Source: a virus (taxonomy: Duplodnaviria > Caudoviricetes). From it: a stretch of DNA of 40,303 bases. The notes beneath the pieces were generated by a model, which worked only from the letters and a program-made list of their open reading frames with translations, had not been told where the DNA came from and made no database searches. How positions within the stretch are numbered: the stretch's first letter is position 1; each line of letters opens with the position of its first letter. Below, piece after piece: positions 1 to 9,476 of the stretch. The stretch covers positions 1 through 40,303 of IMG/VR virus record IMGVR_UViG_3300037470_000091, one strand, 5' to 3'. The position numbers were made by a program, and so were the translations under genes.

Positions 1-127
1 CCAGTGGTGAAGCGCGAGACGGTGAGGCAGCACGTGGCGCATGGGTGGATGGGCAGTTGAAGAGCGATAGCGCATGAATCAAGCCATTGCCGACGAGTTG
101 GCATTGCTGGTCGCAGCAGGCAAGGGT
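1..127. repeat. Terminal direct repeat, left copy (circular-assembly overlap)
   Basis: 1-127 is base-for-base identical to 40041-40167 and contains the 3' end of terL and the start of the next ORF. Confidence 0.95.
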
Positions 128-322
128 CTGCGCGAGTGCATTGCCGCAGCGGGCTTGACGGTGCGTGAGACGCTTATCGAGCTGCGCGATAGCCATCGGC
201 AGCAGTTCAGGGACGCCAAGCGCGCGCAGATAGAAGCGCAACTACGGATGCCGCAGCGCGATGCGCTGGCTCTGGAAATACTGCGCGCGCCGGTAGCAGA
301 GGGGTCGCCACGTGGCCGTTGA
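74..322 (+). CDS. Hypothetical protein between terL and portal
   Basis: 82-aa ATG ORF. A second allele at 40114-40303 keeps the frame with many synonymous changes, which supports coding. Confidence 0.75.
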   Translation: MNQAIADELALLVAAGKGLRECIAAAGLTVRETLIELRDSHRQQFRDAKRAQIEAQLRMPQRDALALEILRAPVAEGSPRGR

Positions 323-2567
323 CGCATCCGATAAGCAAGATACGCAGGGCTCGCGCGACCCGAAGCGCCCTGGCACGCGCTTGGGCAAGGCAGAGCGCGA
401 TTTCATGGCGACAGCTCGCAAGCGCCTGAATGTCGCTATCGAGTCCACATCCATCAACCGCGTCTACCAAAACGATGATCTACGCTTTGCTGCAGGCTCG
501 CCGGACAACAAGTACCAGTGGCCCGAGCCGCTGATACGGGCACGCGAGGGCGATCCGAACGGCCCGCGCCCGGTGCTGACGATCAACAAACTCCCGCAGC
601 ACATCAACCAGATCACGAACGAGCAGCGGCAGAACAGGCCGGTCATTAAGGTGCTGCCGGTCGATGATAAGGGCGACAAGGAGGTAGCGGAGGTTCTGGG
701 CGGTATCGTGCGCCATGTCGAGTACATGAGCGATGCCGACGCGCAGTATTCGACGGCAGGGGAAAACCAAGTACAGCACGGCGAAGGATATTTGCGCGTG
801 CTTACGGACTACTGCGACGAGATGAGTTTCGAGCAGGACATCTCGATTCTCGGGATGAAGAATTCGTTTAGCGTGTACCTCGATCCTGTCGGTCTGCTGA
901 AAGACCCGACAGGGCGCTACTGCGAGTGGGGCTTCGTGGTCGAGGACATGACCAAGGACGATTTCACGCGACTGTACCCGAAAGCCGATCTGGTGAATTG
1001 GGAACTGGTCGGCCAGGGCGATGAGTGGAAGGCATGGTTCCCAGACAATGACACGGTGAGGATTGCCGAGTATTTCTACGTTGAGCACGGCGAGAAGACG
1101 CTGTGCGAATGGCCCGATGGGTCGAAGACGCTGAAGGAGGACATGCATGAGGGGCTGTATGACGAGCTAGCGAAGCTCGACATTCGACCGACGAACGAGC
1201 GGCGCACGGATATCCGCAAGGTGAAGTGGTGCAAGATGAACGGCCTCGCGCGCATCGAGGAGAACGATTGGGCTGGGAAATTTATCCCCATCGTGCGGAT
1301 CATCGGCAACGAGTGGTACATCGACGGGAAGATGATTACTGCGGGGATTGTGCGCAACGCGAAGGATGCGCAGCGCATGTTCAACTACTGGAAGTCAACG
1401 GAGACGGAGACGCTGGCGCTCGCGCCCAAAGCACCGTTCGTGGGGCCTGCCGAGGCGTTCGACGGTTTTGAGGACGACTGGAAGGACGCGAACACAAAGA
1501 ATCTCGCGTTTCTGAAGTACAACCAGTTTAACGAGGGCGGGGAGCGAATCGACAGGCCGGAGCGGCAACTGCCACCGATGCCGCCGGTCGGGATCGTGAA
1601 TGCCGCGCTTGGAGCAGCGGATGACATCAAGAGCGCGACCGGTCAGTACGACCCGTCGCTTGGCAATAACCCGCAGTCTAAATCAGGGATTGCGCTGCAA
1701 CGTGAGCAGAGGAAGAGCGACACCGGGACGTTCCACTACATCGACAACCAGGCGCGCGGGGTGAAGCAGCTCGGGCGGATTCTGATCGACCTGATACCGA
1801 AGATTTACGACACGAAGCGCGTTGCTCGGATCATGGGCGAGGATGGGGAAGCGGATCAGGCTGTCATCGACCCGACGCAGGAACAGGCGGTGACTGAGCA
1901 GCCAAACGAGCGCGGCAGCATAGACAAGATATACCGGCTCGATATCGGGCGCTACGACGTGACGGTGAGCGTGGGGCCGGGGTATGCCTCGAAGCGCCAG
2001 GAGGCTGCTGACCTGATGGCCCAAGTGCTGCAGGGACAGCCTGACCTGATGGCGAAGATGGGCGACCTGTATTTCGAGATGCTGGATGTGCCGGGTGCGG
2101 ACAAGATCGCGGAGCGGCTGCGCAAGATGCTGCCGCCTGGGTTGGCGGATGAGCCAGACGATGACTCGCCGCCGATGGTGCAGACGCCTGAGGGGCCACT
2201 GCCAGTGGACGCTGCGGGGCAGATGCTCACGCAGATGGGTGCGCAGATTCAGGAGTTGAACGAGCGGTTGACGAAGGCGGATGAAGCGGGGTCGATGGCG
2301 AAGATCGAGGACGCGCAGACCAAGCGTCTTGCGCAGCAGGCCGAGGAAGCGGCTAGAAATCGCGAACTTGAGATACGCGCCTACGAGGCCGAGACGAAGC
2401 GCATGGATGCGCAGTGCGCAATGCGCGCGCAGGAGCACGCTGAGGCTGTTGCGGCGCATACGGCGAGCGCAGCGGCGGACGTGCATGACGACGAAATGGC
2501 ACTGAGGAAATCTGAACAGGAACAAGCAGCGCAAGCGGCGCAGACAGCGCAAGGAGAACAGCAATGA
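312..2567 (+). CDS. Portal protein, P22 gp1-like
   Basis: 751 aa downstream of terL. Motifs LTINKLPQHINQITNEQRQNRP, GIVRNAKDAQRMFNYW, SGIALQREQR..FHYIDN and GRYDVTVSVGPGYASKRQEA; C-terminal coiled-coil barrel. Confidence 0.92.
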   Translation: MAVDASDKQDTQGSRDPKRPGTRLGKAERDFMATARKRLNVAIESTSINRVYQNDDLRFAAGSPDNKYQWPEPLIRAREGDPNGPRPVLTINKLPQHINQITNEQRQNRPVIKVLPVDDKGDKEVAEVLGGIVRHVEYMSDADAQYSTAGENQVQHGEGYLRVLTDYCDEMSFEQDISILGMKNSFSVYLDPVGLLKDPTGRYCEWGFVVEDMTKDDFTRLYPKADLVNWELVGQGDEWKAWFPDNDTVRIAEYFYVEHGEKTLCEWPDGSKTLKEDMHEGLYDELAKLDIRPTNERRTDIRKVKWCKMNGLARIEENDWAGKFIPIVRIIGNEWYIDGKMITAGIVRNAKDAQRMFNYWKSTETETLALAPKAPFVGPAEAFDGFEDDWKDANTKNLAFLKYNQFNEGGERIDRPERQLPPMPPVGIVNAALGAADDIKSATGQYDPSLGNNPQSKSGIALQREQRKSDTGTFHYIDNQARGVKQLGRILIDLIPKIYDTKRVARIMGEDGEADQAVIDPTQEQAVTEQPNERGSIDKIYRLDIGRYDVTVSVGPGYASKRQEAADLMAQVLQGQPDLMAKMGDLYFEMLDVPGADKIAERLRKMLPPGLADEPDDDSPPMVQTPEGPLPVDAAGQMLTQMGAQIQELNERLTKADEAGSMAKIEDAQTKRLAQQAEEAARNRELEIRAYEAETKRMDAQCAMRAQEHAEAVAAHTASAAADVHDDEMALRKSEQEQAAQAAQTAQGEQQ

Positions 2568-2908
2568 GCAACGCGAATCAGAAGACTGGTGGGGCGATGG
2601 GCGGTTTTGTGAAGCAGTCGCCGCTTGATTATCAGGCGGTTCCGGCATCGCAGACCGATCTGGTGCTTGGCACCACTGGAGCAATCGGCGACTTGCTGCA
2701 GCGGCTCGTCATCGTGGTGGCGACCGCAGCTAATTCATCGGTCGAGATACAGGATGGCGCAGATTCTGCCATTTCGATCCTTCCAGATGCGGTCGGCGAG
2801 GGCATTGGCAGCTATGTTGTAGAGCTTGGCATTGCGAGCCGCACAGGTGCCTGGAGCGTGACTACCGATTCTGGAGTAACTGTCGTCGCGATCGGATTGT
2901 TCACCTGA
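2564..2908 (+). CDS. Small virion-associated protein, beta-rich (putative)
   Basis: 114 aa, ATGA overlap with the portal stop, GGAG RBS, Val/Gly/Thr-rich. Confidence 0.6.
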   Translation: MSNANQKTGGAMGGFVKQSPLDYQAVPASQTDLVLGTTGAIGDLLQRLVIVVATAANSSVEIQDGADSAISILPDAVGEGIGSYVVELGIASRTGAWSVTTDSGVTVVAIGLFT

Positions 2909-4350
2909 TGGTCACAGCAGCAAACCCGTATAGGGACCAGCGCACGCAGTACGACCCCGGCATGGGGATGGACGAGCTGTGCGATGCGCTGAATGCGGGG
3001 AAATATATCGGGGTTCTAGCGCCATCCGGGGCCGAGCCGACGATTAGTTCGGCGATCATATCCTTCCTGCAGTCCGGTACTGCACCAACAACGAGGACCG
3101 TAGAGGACGTCGAGCGAGCCATTGTCAGGTCTGGGGACTTTGCGCTCGATGCGAATTACGAGACTCGTCTAGCCGAACTCACCGAAACCATCGGCCTCAA
3201 ATTACTGGAAGTCGCGCCACCGGCGATAGACAGTCTGACGACTTATATGCGGTGGAAAACGGCGACCGCAGGGGACGCAGGCGATTTTCTTTTTGTGGTT
3301 GAAGACGATAGCGTAGACCCTCTTGCTGCGGATGACACCGTTTTTTCTCTTGGCTACAACTGTTCAAGAGCGCAGGGCAATGAGGATGCCTTAGAGCCTT
3401 CGTGGAACTGGACGATTGAGTCGTTCTACGATTCCGTGGCGCTTGGTGAAGTCATGGAGATGCACTTCCAGGGACGACACATTGACGGCACGCAGTTTAG
3501 GAATTGGAGTTTCAGCATCAATCGTGACACTCATGAGACGAGGTATCTGCAAAGGGCTGACAGACATTCGTTCGAGGACACTACCGGCGTATATCAGTCC
3601 GTACTTCTAACCACAACTACCTCTACCGGCCAGTTGTCGATCAATGATGGCACGACCATTCTCAAAAACGGCAATAACGTAGCGTGGTTGGTTCAGAACA
3701 ACGCGGCGGAAGATGGAAACATCGAGATTGCTCGAATCAATGCAAGCGACAACGTATTGATAGATGGGAGTGCAGCAGGAACAACCTTCAATGGCCGTGT
3801 TGGTGTCCCCACACTGAATGCTGCCCGTGGCGTATCTGTCACGATCACGAGCCTTACCGGGACAAGCCAGTACGGCGTGTGGTCGGCTCCTACCGCTTCG
3901 TCTGCCGCGACCTCTGAATCTATCGGTTTCATCGGCGTTGCTGGTACTGCTGCTGCGTCCTTCACTTGTACGAACATGAGGCAGTTTCATGCCGCGAACG
4001 GGACGAAGGGTGCTGGCTCGACCATCACTTCGCAGACTGGTTTTCATTGCGCAAACATGACTTCCGGGACTTCAAATTACGGCTTTCGGGGCGTCATCGC
4101 AGCAGCATCGAACGCCTACAACCTTTACATGGATGGCACGGCGCAGAACTATCTTGCCGGGGTGACTGGAGTAGGGATTGCACCATCATCTACGGCTGCA
4201 CTTGCTCTTGCCGCAGGAACCACTGGCGTTGCAAGTTTGCGTATTCCGCATGGCAGCGCACCCACAAGTCCGGTGAACGGCGACATTTGGACAACTACCT
4301 CAGGACTCTTTGTGCAAGTTAACGGATCAACAGTGGGGCCGCTCGCATGA
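2908..4350 (+). CDS. Fibre/spike-like structural protein
   Basis: 480 aa, Thr/Ser/Gly-rich. FLQSGTAPTTRTVEDVERAIVRSGDF resembles tailspike neck segments; C-terminus LRIPHGSAPTSPVNGDIWTTTSGLFVQVNG resembles fibre tips. Confidence 0.6.
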   Translation: MVTAANPYRDQRTQYDPGMGMDELCDALNAGKYIGVLAPSGAEPTISSAIISFLQSGTAPTTRTVEDVERAIVRSGDFALDANYETRLAELTETIGLKLLEVAPPAIDSLTTYMRWKTATAGDAGDFLFVVEDDSVDPLAADDTVFSLGYNCSRAQGNEDALEPSWNWTIESFYDSVALGEVMEMHFQGRHIDGTQFRNWSFSINRDTHETRYLQRADRHSFEDTTGVYQSVLLTTTTSTGQLSINDGTTILKNGNNVAWLVQNNAAEDGNIEIARINASDNVLIDGSAAGTTFNGRVGVPTLNAARGVSVTITSLTGTSQYGVWSAPTASSAATSESIGFIGVAGTAAASFTCTNMRQFHAANGTKGAGSTITSQTGFHCANMTSGTSNYGFRGVIAAASNAYNLYMDGTAQNYLAGVTGVGIAPSSTAALALAAGTTGVASLRIPHGSAPTSPVNGDIWTTTSGLFVQVNGSTVGPLA

Positions 4351-4493
4351 ACATCAATATAGAACAACTCCTCGCAATCATCGGCGGCAAGGAAGTAGAC
4401 CTATTCCTGCTGCGCAACGAGAACGCGGAACTCCGTAAGCGGCTGAGCGAGGCAGAGGCAAAGCTGGCAGAGAAGCCGGAAGCGCCACGGTGA
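4347..4493 (+). CDS. Small coiled-coil protein, 48 aa, not in the ORF track (possible fibre chaperone)
   Basis: ATGA overlap with the upstream stop; MNINIEQLLAIIGGKEVDLFLLRNENAELRKRLSEAEAKLAEKPEAPR*. Confidence 0.6.
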   Translation: MNINIEQLLAIIGGKEVDLFLLRNENAELRKRLSEAEAKLAEKPEAPR

Positions 4494-4549
4494 ACAACAC
4501 AGGCGCTCTAGTGCAGCAATTTAACCAAAGGTAATTCAAGGAGAAGCAC

Positions 4550-5491
4550 ATGACTGAACAGGCTAGCACCGAAGCCGCGAAACCGGCTGAAGAGACAACG
4601 AAGCCAGCAACAGAAGCCGCAGTTGCGGCTGACGGCACCGTAGCGGCTACTGCTGAAACACAGACCGATGCAGCGTCTGTTGCGGCAGCAGCAGCGATTG
4701 CCGCCAAGACCTACACGCAGGAGGATCTTGATCGCATCACAGCAAAGGTCAAAAAGAACGCCTCGTATCGAGCGCGTAAGGAGGCCGAGGCGTACTTCAA
4801 GGGCCTGCAGCAGGGCACGCAGGTTCTGCGCCCGCAGGAAAAGGCCGCAGAGCCGGAGACGCCAAAAGAGCCGCAGCGCGACCAGTACGATTCCTACGAG
4901 GCGTATCTTGAGGCCCGCGCCGACTACCGCGCAGAACGCAAGGTCGAGTCCGCGCTCGCCAAGCAGCGAGAAACGGATACGCAGCGCACGGCGAAAACCG
5001 AGCAGGAAAAGGCGCAGGAGCGTTTCATGGCCGAGGTTTCGGCGCTCGTAAAAGAGATGCCGGACGCCCAGGAAATACTCGAAACCTCCGACTCGCCCTT
5101 GACCAATGTCATGCGAGATGCTATACACGCATCCGACGCACCGGCCAGGATCGCCGTCCATCTGGCGCAGAATCCTGACGAAGCCCAGCGTATCGCCGCG
5201 CTCTCAAGCGCAAAACAAGCGGTGGAGATTGGCAAGCTCGATGCCCGATTTGCTACTAAGCCGAACGGCGCAGGCGCTATCTCCGCAGCAGCAGGACAGG
5301 CAGGAACCACAATAGCCGCAGCAGCAGCCGCGCGTGCGCCTTCCAAGGCCCCAGCGCCCATCAGTCCAGTCGGCGGTAAGGTTGCATCGGCAGATGACGA
5401 GCCGGATGCGAAATCAACCCCAGACAAATGGATGGAATGGCGCAACCGCCAGCTCCGGGCACGGATGAACGTGGGGAATAGCAAGCAGTGA
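4550..5491 (+). CDS. Capsid scaffolding protein
   Basis: 313 aa immediately before the coat gene. AAGGAG RBS; charged helical core (EPQRDQYDSYEAYLEARADYRAE), PSKAPAPISPVGG and a basic C-terminal helix, typical of P22-like scaffolds. Confidence 0.85.
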   Translation: MTEQASTEAAKPAEETTKPATEAAVAADGTVAATAETQTDAASVAAAAAIAAKTYTQEDLDRITAKVKKNASYRARKEAEAYFKGLQQGTQVLRPQEKAAEPETPKEPQRDQYDSYEAYLEARADYRAERKVESALAKQRETDTQRTAKTEQEKAQERFMAEVSALVKEMPDAQEILETSDSPLTNVMRDAIHASDAPARIAVHLAQNPDEAQRIAALSSAKQAVEIGKLDARFATKPNGAGAISAAAGQAGTTIAAAAAARAPSKAPAPISPVGGKVASADDEPDAKSTPDKWMEWRNRQLRARMNVGNSKQ

Positions 5492-5519
5492 CCCCTCAAC
5501 TTCTTAAGGAACTTTCAGC

Positions 5520-6746
5520 ATGACTGGCAATACGCTTCTCACCATTGACAAGGTGACACTTGAGGCGTTGCGCGTGCTGCACGGGAACCTGTCGTTTCTC
5601 AAGAACTGCAACCGAGATTACGACGCGGAATTCGCCAAGGACGGAGCAAAGATCGGCGATACCCTGCGCATTCGCAAGCCTCCGAAATACACCGTGCGAA
5701 CGGGTCGCGTCATGTCGGCGCAGAATTCGACGGAAGGTTTCATCAATCTTCCGGTGACGAACCAGAAGGGCGTCGATCTCGACTTCACTTCTGCGGAGTT
5801 CACGCTGGGGATCGACAACTTCTCCCGTCGCTTCCTGAAGCCCTCGATGACCGTTCTCGCGGCCAACATCGACTACGACGCACTGTCGATGACGCTGGAC
5901 GTAGCAAACTCGGTCGGAACGCCCGGCACCACGCCCGCGACCTATCAGGTCTGGGGCGATGCCAATGCGAAGCTCGATGACAATCTGGCTCCGCGCGACG
6001 GCGAGCGTACCGCCATCCTGAACCCTGCGGCGATGACCCGCACGGTGGACGGCCTCAAAGGTCTGTTCCAGGCGGGCGATGCGATTGCCGACCAGTACCG
6101 CAGCGGCGTGATGACCCGCGCGATTGACCTGAAATGGGCAATCGACCAGAACGTGCGCAACCTGACCACGGGCACCGGCATGGCGACCTCCGTATCTGTT
6201 ACCGGAACAACGGTGACGGGTGCGACCACGCTTGCTCTGGACTACGCGGACAATGCGCTGGGAGATACACTGACGATCAACGAAGGCGAAGTATTCACCA
6301 TCGGCAGCGTGTTCGCGGTCAACGACGAAACGAAGCAATCCTTGACGACCCTCAAGCAATTCGTTTGCACGGCGACTACAGCGGCGGTTGCATCGCAATG
6401 GCTGACGCTGCCGATCTCGCCGACGATCTACGGGCCAACGTCTGCGGGGCTGCAGAACGTCGATGCGCTGCCAGCGGACAATGCCGCAATCACGTTCTAC
6501 GGCACTACGTCCTCGACGGTCTATCCGCAAAACCTGATCTTCCACCGGGATGCGTTCACATTCGCTACCGCCGACCTGAAGCTGCCGCGCAATCAAGAGA
6601 TGGCTGCGCGCAAAGTGCAGGACGGCATCTCGCTGCGGATATGGGAGGGCACGGACATCAAGAACGACGAATGGCCGGTGCGCTCGGACGTGCTGTACGG
6701 CTATGTTTCCACTTACCCGGAGCTTGCTTGCCGGGTGTGGGGCTAA
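5520..6746 (+). CDS. Major capsid protein, P22 gp5-like coat
   Basis: 408 aa; N-terminal NTLLTIDKVTLEALRVL and GAKIGDTLRIRKP; C-terminal NLIFHRDAFTFATADL and RSDVLYGY..YPELACRV. Confidence 0.93.
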   Translation: MTGNTLLTIDKVTLEALRVLHGNLSFLKNCNRDYDAEFAKDGAKIGDTLRIRKPPKYTVRTGRVMSAQNSTEGFINLPVTNQKGVDLDFTSAEFTLGIDNFSRRFLKPSMTVLAANIDYDALSMTLDVANSVGTPGTTPATYQVWGDANAKLDDNLAPRDGERTAILNPAAMTRTVDGLKGLFQAGDAIADQYRSGVMTRAIDLKWAIDQNVRNLTTGTGMATSVSVTGTTVTGATTLALDYADNALGDTLTINEGEVFTIGSVFAVNDETKQSLTTLKQFVCTATTAAVASQWLTLPISPTIYGPTSAGLQNVDALPADNAAITFYGTTSSTVYPQNLIFHRDAFTFATADLKLPRNQEMAARKVQDGISLRIWEGTDIKNDEWPVRSDVLYGYVSTYPELACRVWG

Positions 6747-6758
6747 AAGGAGATCATC

Positions 6759-7016
6759 ATGGCATATCCAAATACGGCACCGACCTACGAGTACCTCGAC
6801 GGCCTGAACGCCGATGGCACCATTCTGGGACAGACGAGCGCAAAGCTCATCGGCTTCTGGGGTGCTACGCCATCTGCGCGCGTCGCGTTTTCTGCGGCGT
6901 CCATATCCGGCGCGACTACGGCAACCATCGTCACTTCTGCACTCGTGAACGAACTCAAGGTGTTGGTAAACGAGATCAGGGCCGCGATGGTGTCGATGGG
7001 CCTGAAAGGGGATTAG
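6759..7016 (+). CDS. Small capsid-associated protein (decoration/cement, putative)
   Basis: 85 aa directly after the coat gene; strong AAGGAG RBS; DGTILGQ..KLIGFWGATP..EIRAAMVSMGL. Confidence 0.6.
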   Translation: MAYPNTAPTYEYLDGLNADGTILGQTSAKLIGFWGATPSARVAFSAASISGATTATIVTSALVNELKVLVNEIRAAMVSMGLKGD

Positions 7017-7046
7017 CCGTAACGTAGTAACGAGAAAGGAGCAGTC

Positions 7047-7880
7047 GTGAAGCTGAATGTACTAATCCCCTCAAGAGGGAGGCCATATCAGCTTGCGGCT
7101 GCTCTTTACTCGCTCTTTTTCTGCGCGAGCGGTAAGCACGAATTGACGATGTGCGTTGCCTGCGATGACGATGACGAGCCTACGAAGATCGCCCTGAGAG
7201 AGTTGCGCCAAAGCGGGTTGCCCGTTTTCGTGCGCGTCGGCCCAAGGCCGGAGACGCTTGGCAGCGTGGCGAACGATCTCGCCGCGCATTGGCCTGCGGA
7301 CGTGTATCAGGTGTTCGGCGATGACCTGATGTGCATCACGCACGGTTGGGATGAGATTCTGGCGCAAGCGGTGGAGAAAACACCGCATGGTGTTTTCTGG
7401 ATGAAGAGCGCGAAGGATCAGCAAAGCCTAGTGCCTGCGGTAACAGAGAAGTGGCGTGCCGCCGCTGGCGGGATATTTACCGAGTATTTCCCGTATTGGT
7501 TCGATGACTTGTGGCTTACGGAGTCGTGGGTAATGGCGACCGGGGAAGAGCCTATCTTTTTGGAATCGCTCGTGGTGGATAGGCCAGCTTCAACGCACCG
7601 CATGCGCGAGCTGGATTTTTGGGCAAAGTTTTACTACACCATGCGCCAGGAAAGAGCGGCGCACGGGCGGAAAATAGCAGCCTTACTCAGCTTACCGGAT
7701 AAGGATTTTGGCGCGGAGGTTGCGAGGAGATTTTCCGAACGGATGGACAGCTTCCCGCCGCTTAACAGGAACGATGCAATCAAGATAGAAACAAGCAACA
7801 AGGCAGAGACGACCCCTCCTAGCGAAGCGTATCTGCGCACGAAAGCACGCGCAGAGGAACTAATGAGAAAGGCCGCATGA
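7047..7880 (+). CDS. Glycosyltransferase, GT-A/GT2-like (paralog 1)
   Basis: GTG start after AAGGAG. GT2-like first strand LNVLIPSRGRP, acidic CDDDD, DxD-equivalent FGDD, late FTEYFPYWFDDLW motif; no TM segment seen. Confidence 0.75.
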   Translation: MKLNVLIPSRGRPYQLAAALYSLFFCASGKHELTMCVACDDDDEPTKIALRELRQSGLPVFVRVGPRPETLGSVANDLAAHWPADVYQVFGDDLMCITHGWDEILAQAVEKTPHGVFWMKSAKDQQSLVPAVTEKWRAAAGGIFTEYFPYWFDDLWLTESWVMATGEEPIFLESLVVDRPASTHRMRELDFWAKFYYTMRQERAAHGRKIAALLSLPDKDFGAEVARRFSERMDSFPPLNRNDAIKIETSNKAETTPPSEAYLRTKARAEELMRKAA

Positions 7881-8734
7881 AAATCGCCGTCATCATCCCG
7901 AGCCGTGGTAGGCCGATGTCGCTGAAAGGCGTCCTGATCTCGTTGCACTCAATGTCATCGGGCACGCATCCTATTGGCTATACCATCCTTTGCGATATAG
8001 ACGACCAAGACACCGCGCATCACGCCGAGGAATGCCGTGAGTTTCTGGAAGGGCCGCAGGCTAAGCCTACCGGGAACACTCTCACCGTCATACAGGACGA
8101 GAACAAGCGCATCCTTAGCGCCAGGGTCAACGAAATCGCAGCGACGTTACGCGCAGATGTCTACATGCAGTGGCCAGACGACTATTTTCCGATGACGCAG
8201 TGCTGGGACGTTGCGATCCAGTACATGGTCGAGCAATCCAATGTGCCTGCGTTCTCGTGGCTTGAGGAGAACGATCCGACGAACCACACGGCAATCGTCA
8301 TCAGCAAGGTCTGGTACGAGGCTACCGGAAGGCTCTTCCCAGAGTATTTCCCGTTTTGGTTCGGCGATACATGGATGAAGGAGGTTTTTCAATATGCCTT
8401 CGGAGCCATGATGCCAATCGTTCAGGAAATGAGGATCGGCGGTCGGCGCGGCAAGACGCAAAACCTGCACGATCTTTCGTTCTGGTTCCGCCTGTTCGCC
8501 GAGACGCGGGACGAGCGCATAGAGGACGCGCGCAAGATTTGCAAGGCGATGGGGCTTTCGATGCCATCCACCGAGGAAGCCACAAAGTATTTCGAACAGG
8601 GCGATCACTATCAACTGCGCTCTGTGCCGCGCTACGAGCTTGCGTTCGGGTCGAGTAAGCCAAGGACGCAAGCCTATATCGATGCGAAGGCACGCGCCGA
8701 GCATTTGTTCCCGCAACTCATGGAGGCGGCATAA
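7877..8734 (+). CDS. Glycosyltransferase, GT-A/GT2-like (paralog 2)
   Basis: IAVIIPSRGRP, CDIDD, WPDDYF and FPEYFPFWFGDTW; colinear with 7047-7880; ATGA overlap. Confidence 0.75.
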   Translation: MKIAVIIPSRGRPMSLKGVLISLHSMSSGTHPIGYTILCDIDDQDTAHHAEECREFLEGPQAKPTGNTLTVIQDENKRILSARVNEIAATLRADVYMQWPDDYFPMTQCWDVAIQYMVEQSNVPAFSWLEENDPTNHTAIVISKVWYEATGRLFPEYFPFWFGDTWMKEVFQYAFGAMMPIVQEMRIGGRRGKTQNLHDLSFWFRLFAETRDERIEDARKICKAMGLSMPSTEEATKYFEQGDHYQLRSVPRYELAFGSSKPRTQAYIDAKARAEHLFPQLMEAA

Positions 8735-8738
8735 CGCC

Positions 8739-9476
8739 ATGCTCTCAATCGGTATCCCTACCTACGACGGGAAAATCCACCACGCCACGGTTGGTGGGCT
8801 GGTGCAGACCGCGCGCTTTTGCGGCGAAAAGCATGTATCCATCAACATGGAGGTCATCCCGCACGATGCGTTCATAGGACGGGCGCGCAACCTGATCGTT
8901 CACAAGTACATGATGACCGGATTTCACGATCTCGTGTTCGTGGACGCAGATATCGGATTCAATCTGCCCGCCCTAGCCGCCATCTGCAAAGCCGCCCCTG
9001 AATGCGTGATGGGACTGTACATGATGAAGTCGCCAGAAGCGCGCTATCCGGCGATGTTGAGCGACAACCTGATCCGCCATCCGAGCGACAGAAATCTGGT
9101 GAAGCTGAAATACGGCCCCGCAGGGTTCATGCGGATTCGCCGCAGCGTAGTCGAAAAGCTGATGGCCGCGTATCCAGACGACTGGTATCTAGATGGCGCA
9201 TTCGGCAAGATCTACGATCTATTCCCGCACGGTCGCGTCGGCAACAAGTTCACTGGAGAAGATATCGCGTTCTGTGAGCGTTGCGCGAAAGCCGATATAG
9301 ACATCTGGGCGCTGCAAGGCATTGCGCTGAAGCACTACGGCGAGAAATCTTGGGACTCGTGCTGGCAGATCGACAAACTCGTAGAGGCCGGGCAGCAGCC
9401 TATTATGGGAGCGCCTGATGGATACGTGGCCGAGGTTCCGATAGTGGGACAGCAAAAGACGCAGGAGGCCGCTTGA
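8739..9476 (+). CDS. Glycosyltransferase, GT-A fold (third, different subfamily)
   Basis: ATG at 8739 after GGAGG; LSIGIPTY, RARN, DLVFVDADIGF (DxD), GFMRIRRSV, GEDIAFCER (ED motif), LKHYG. Confidence 0.82.
   Translation: MLSIGIPTYDGKIHHATVGGLVQTARFCGEKHVSINMEVIPHDAFIGRARNLIVHKYMMTGFHDLVFVDADIGFNLPALAAICKAAPECVMGLYMMKSPEARYPAMLSDNLIRHPSDRNLVKLKYGPAGFMRIRRSVVEKLMAAYPDDWYLDGAFGKIYDLFPHGRVGNKFTGEDIAFCERCAKADIDIWALQGIALKHYGEKSWDSCWQIDKLVEAGQQPIMGAPDGYVAEVPIVGQQKTQEAA

Noticed and set aside
5270-5340. GCA-rich repeats in the scaffold gene
   Set aside because: They encode an Ala-rich linker and are ordinary low-complexity coding sequence.
480-7027. Long alternative-frame ORFs (480-1148, 1683-2684, 5496-6596 on -; 6134-7027 on +)
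   Set aside because: They are shadows of the portal and coat genes caused by GC-rich codon bias, with no motifs or RBS.
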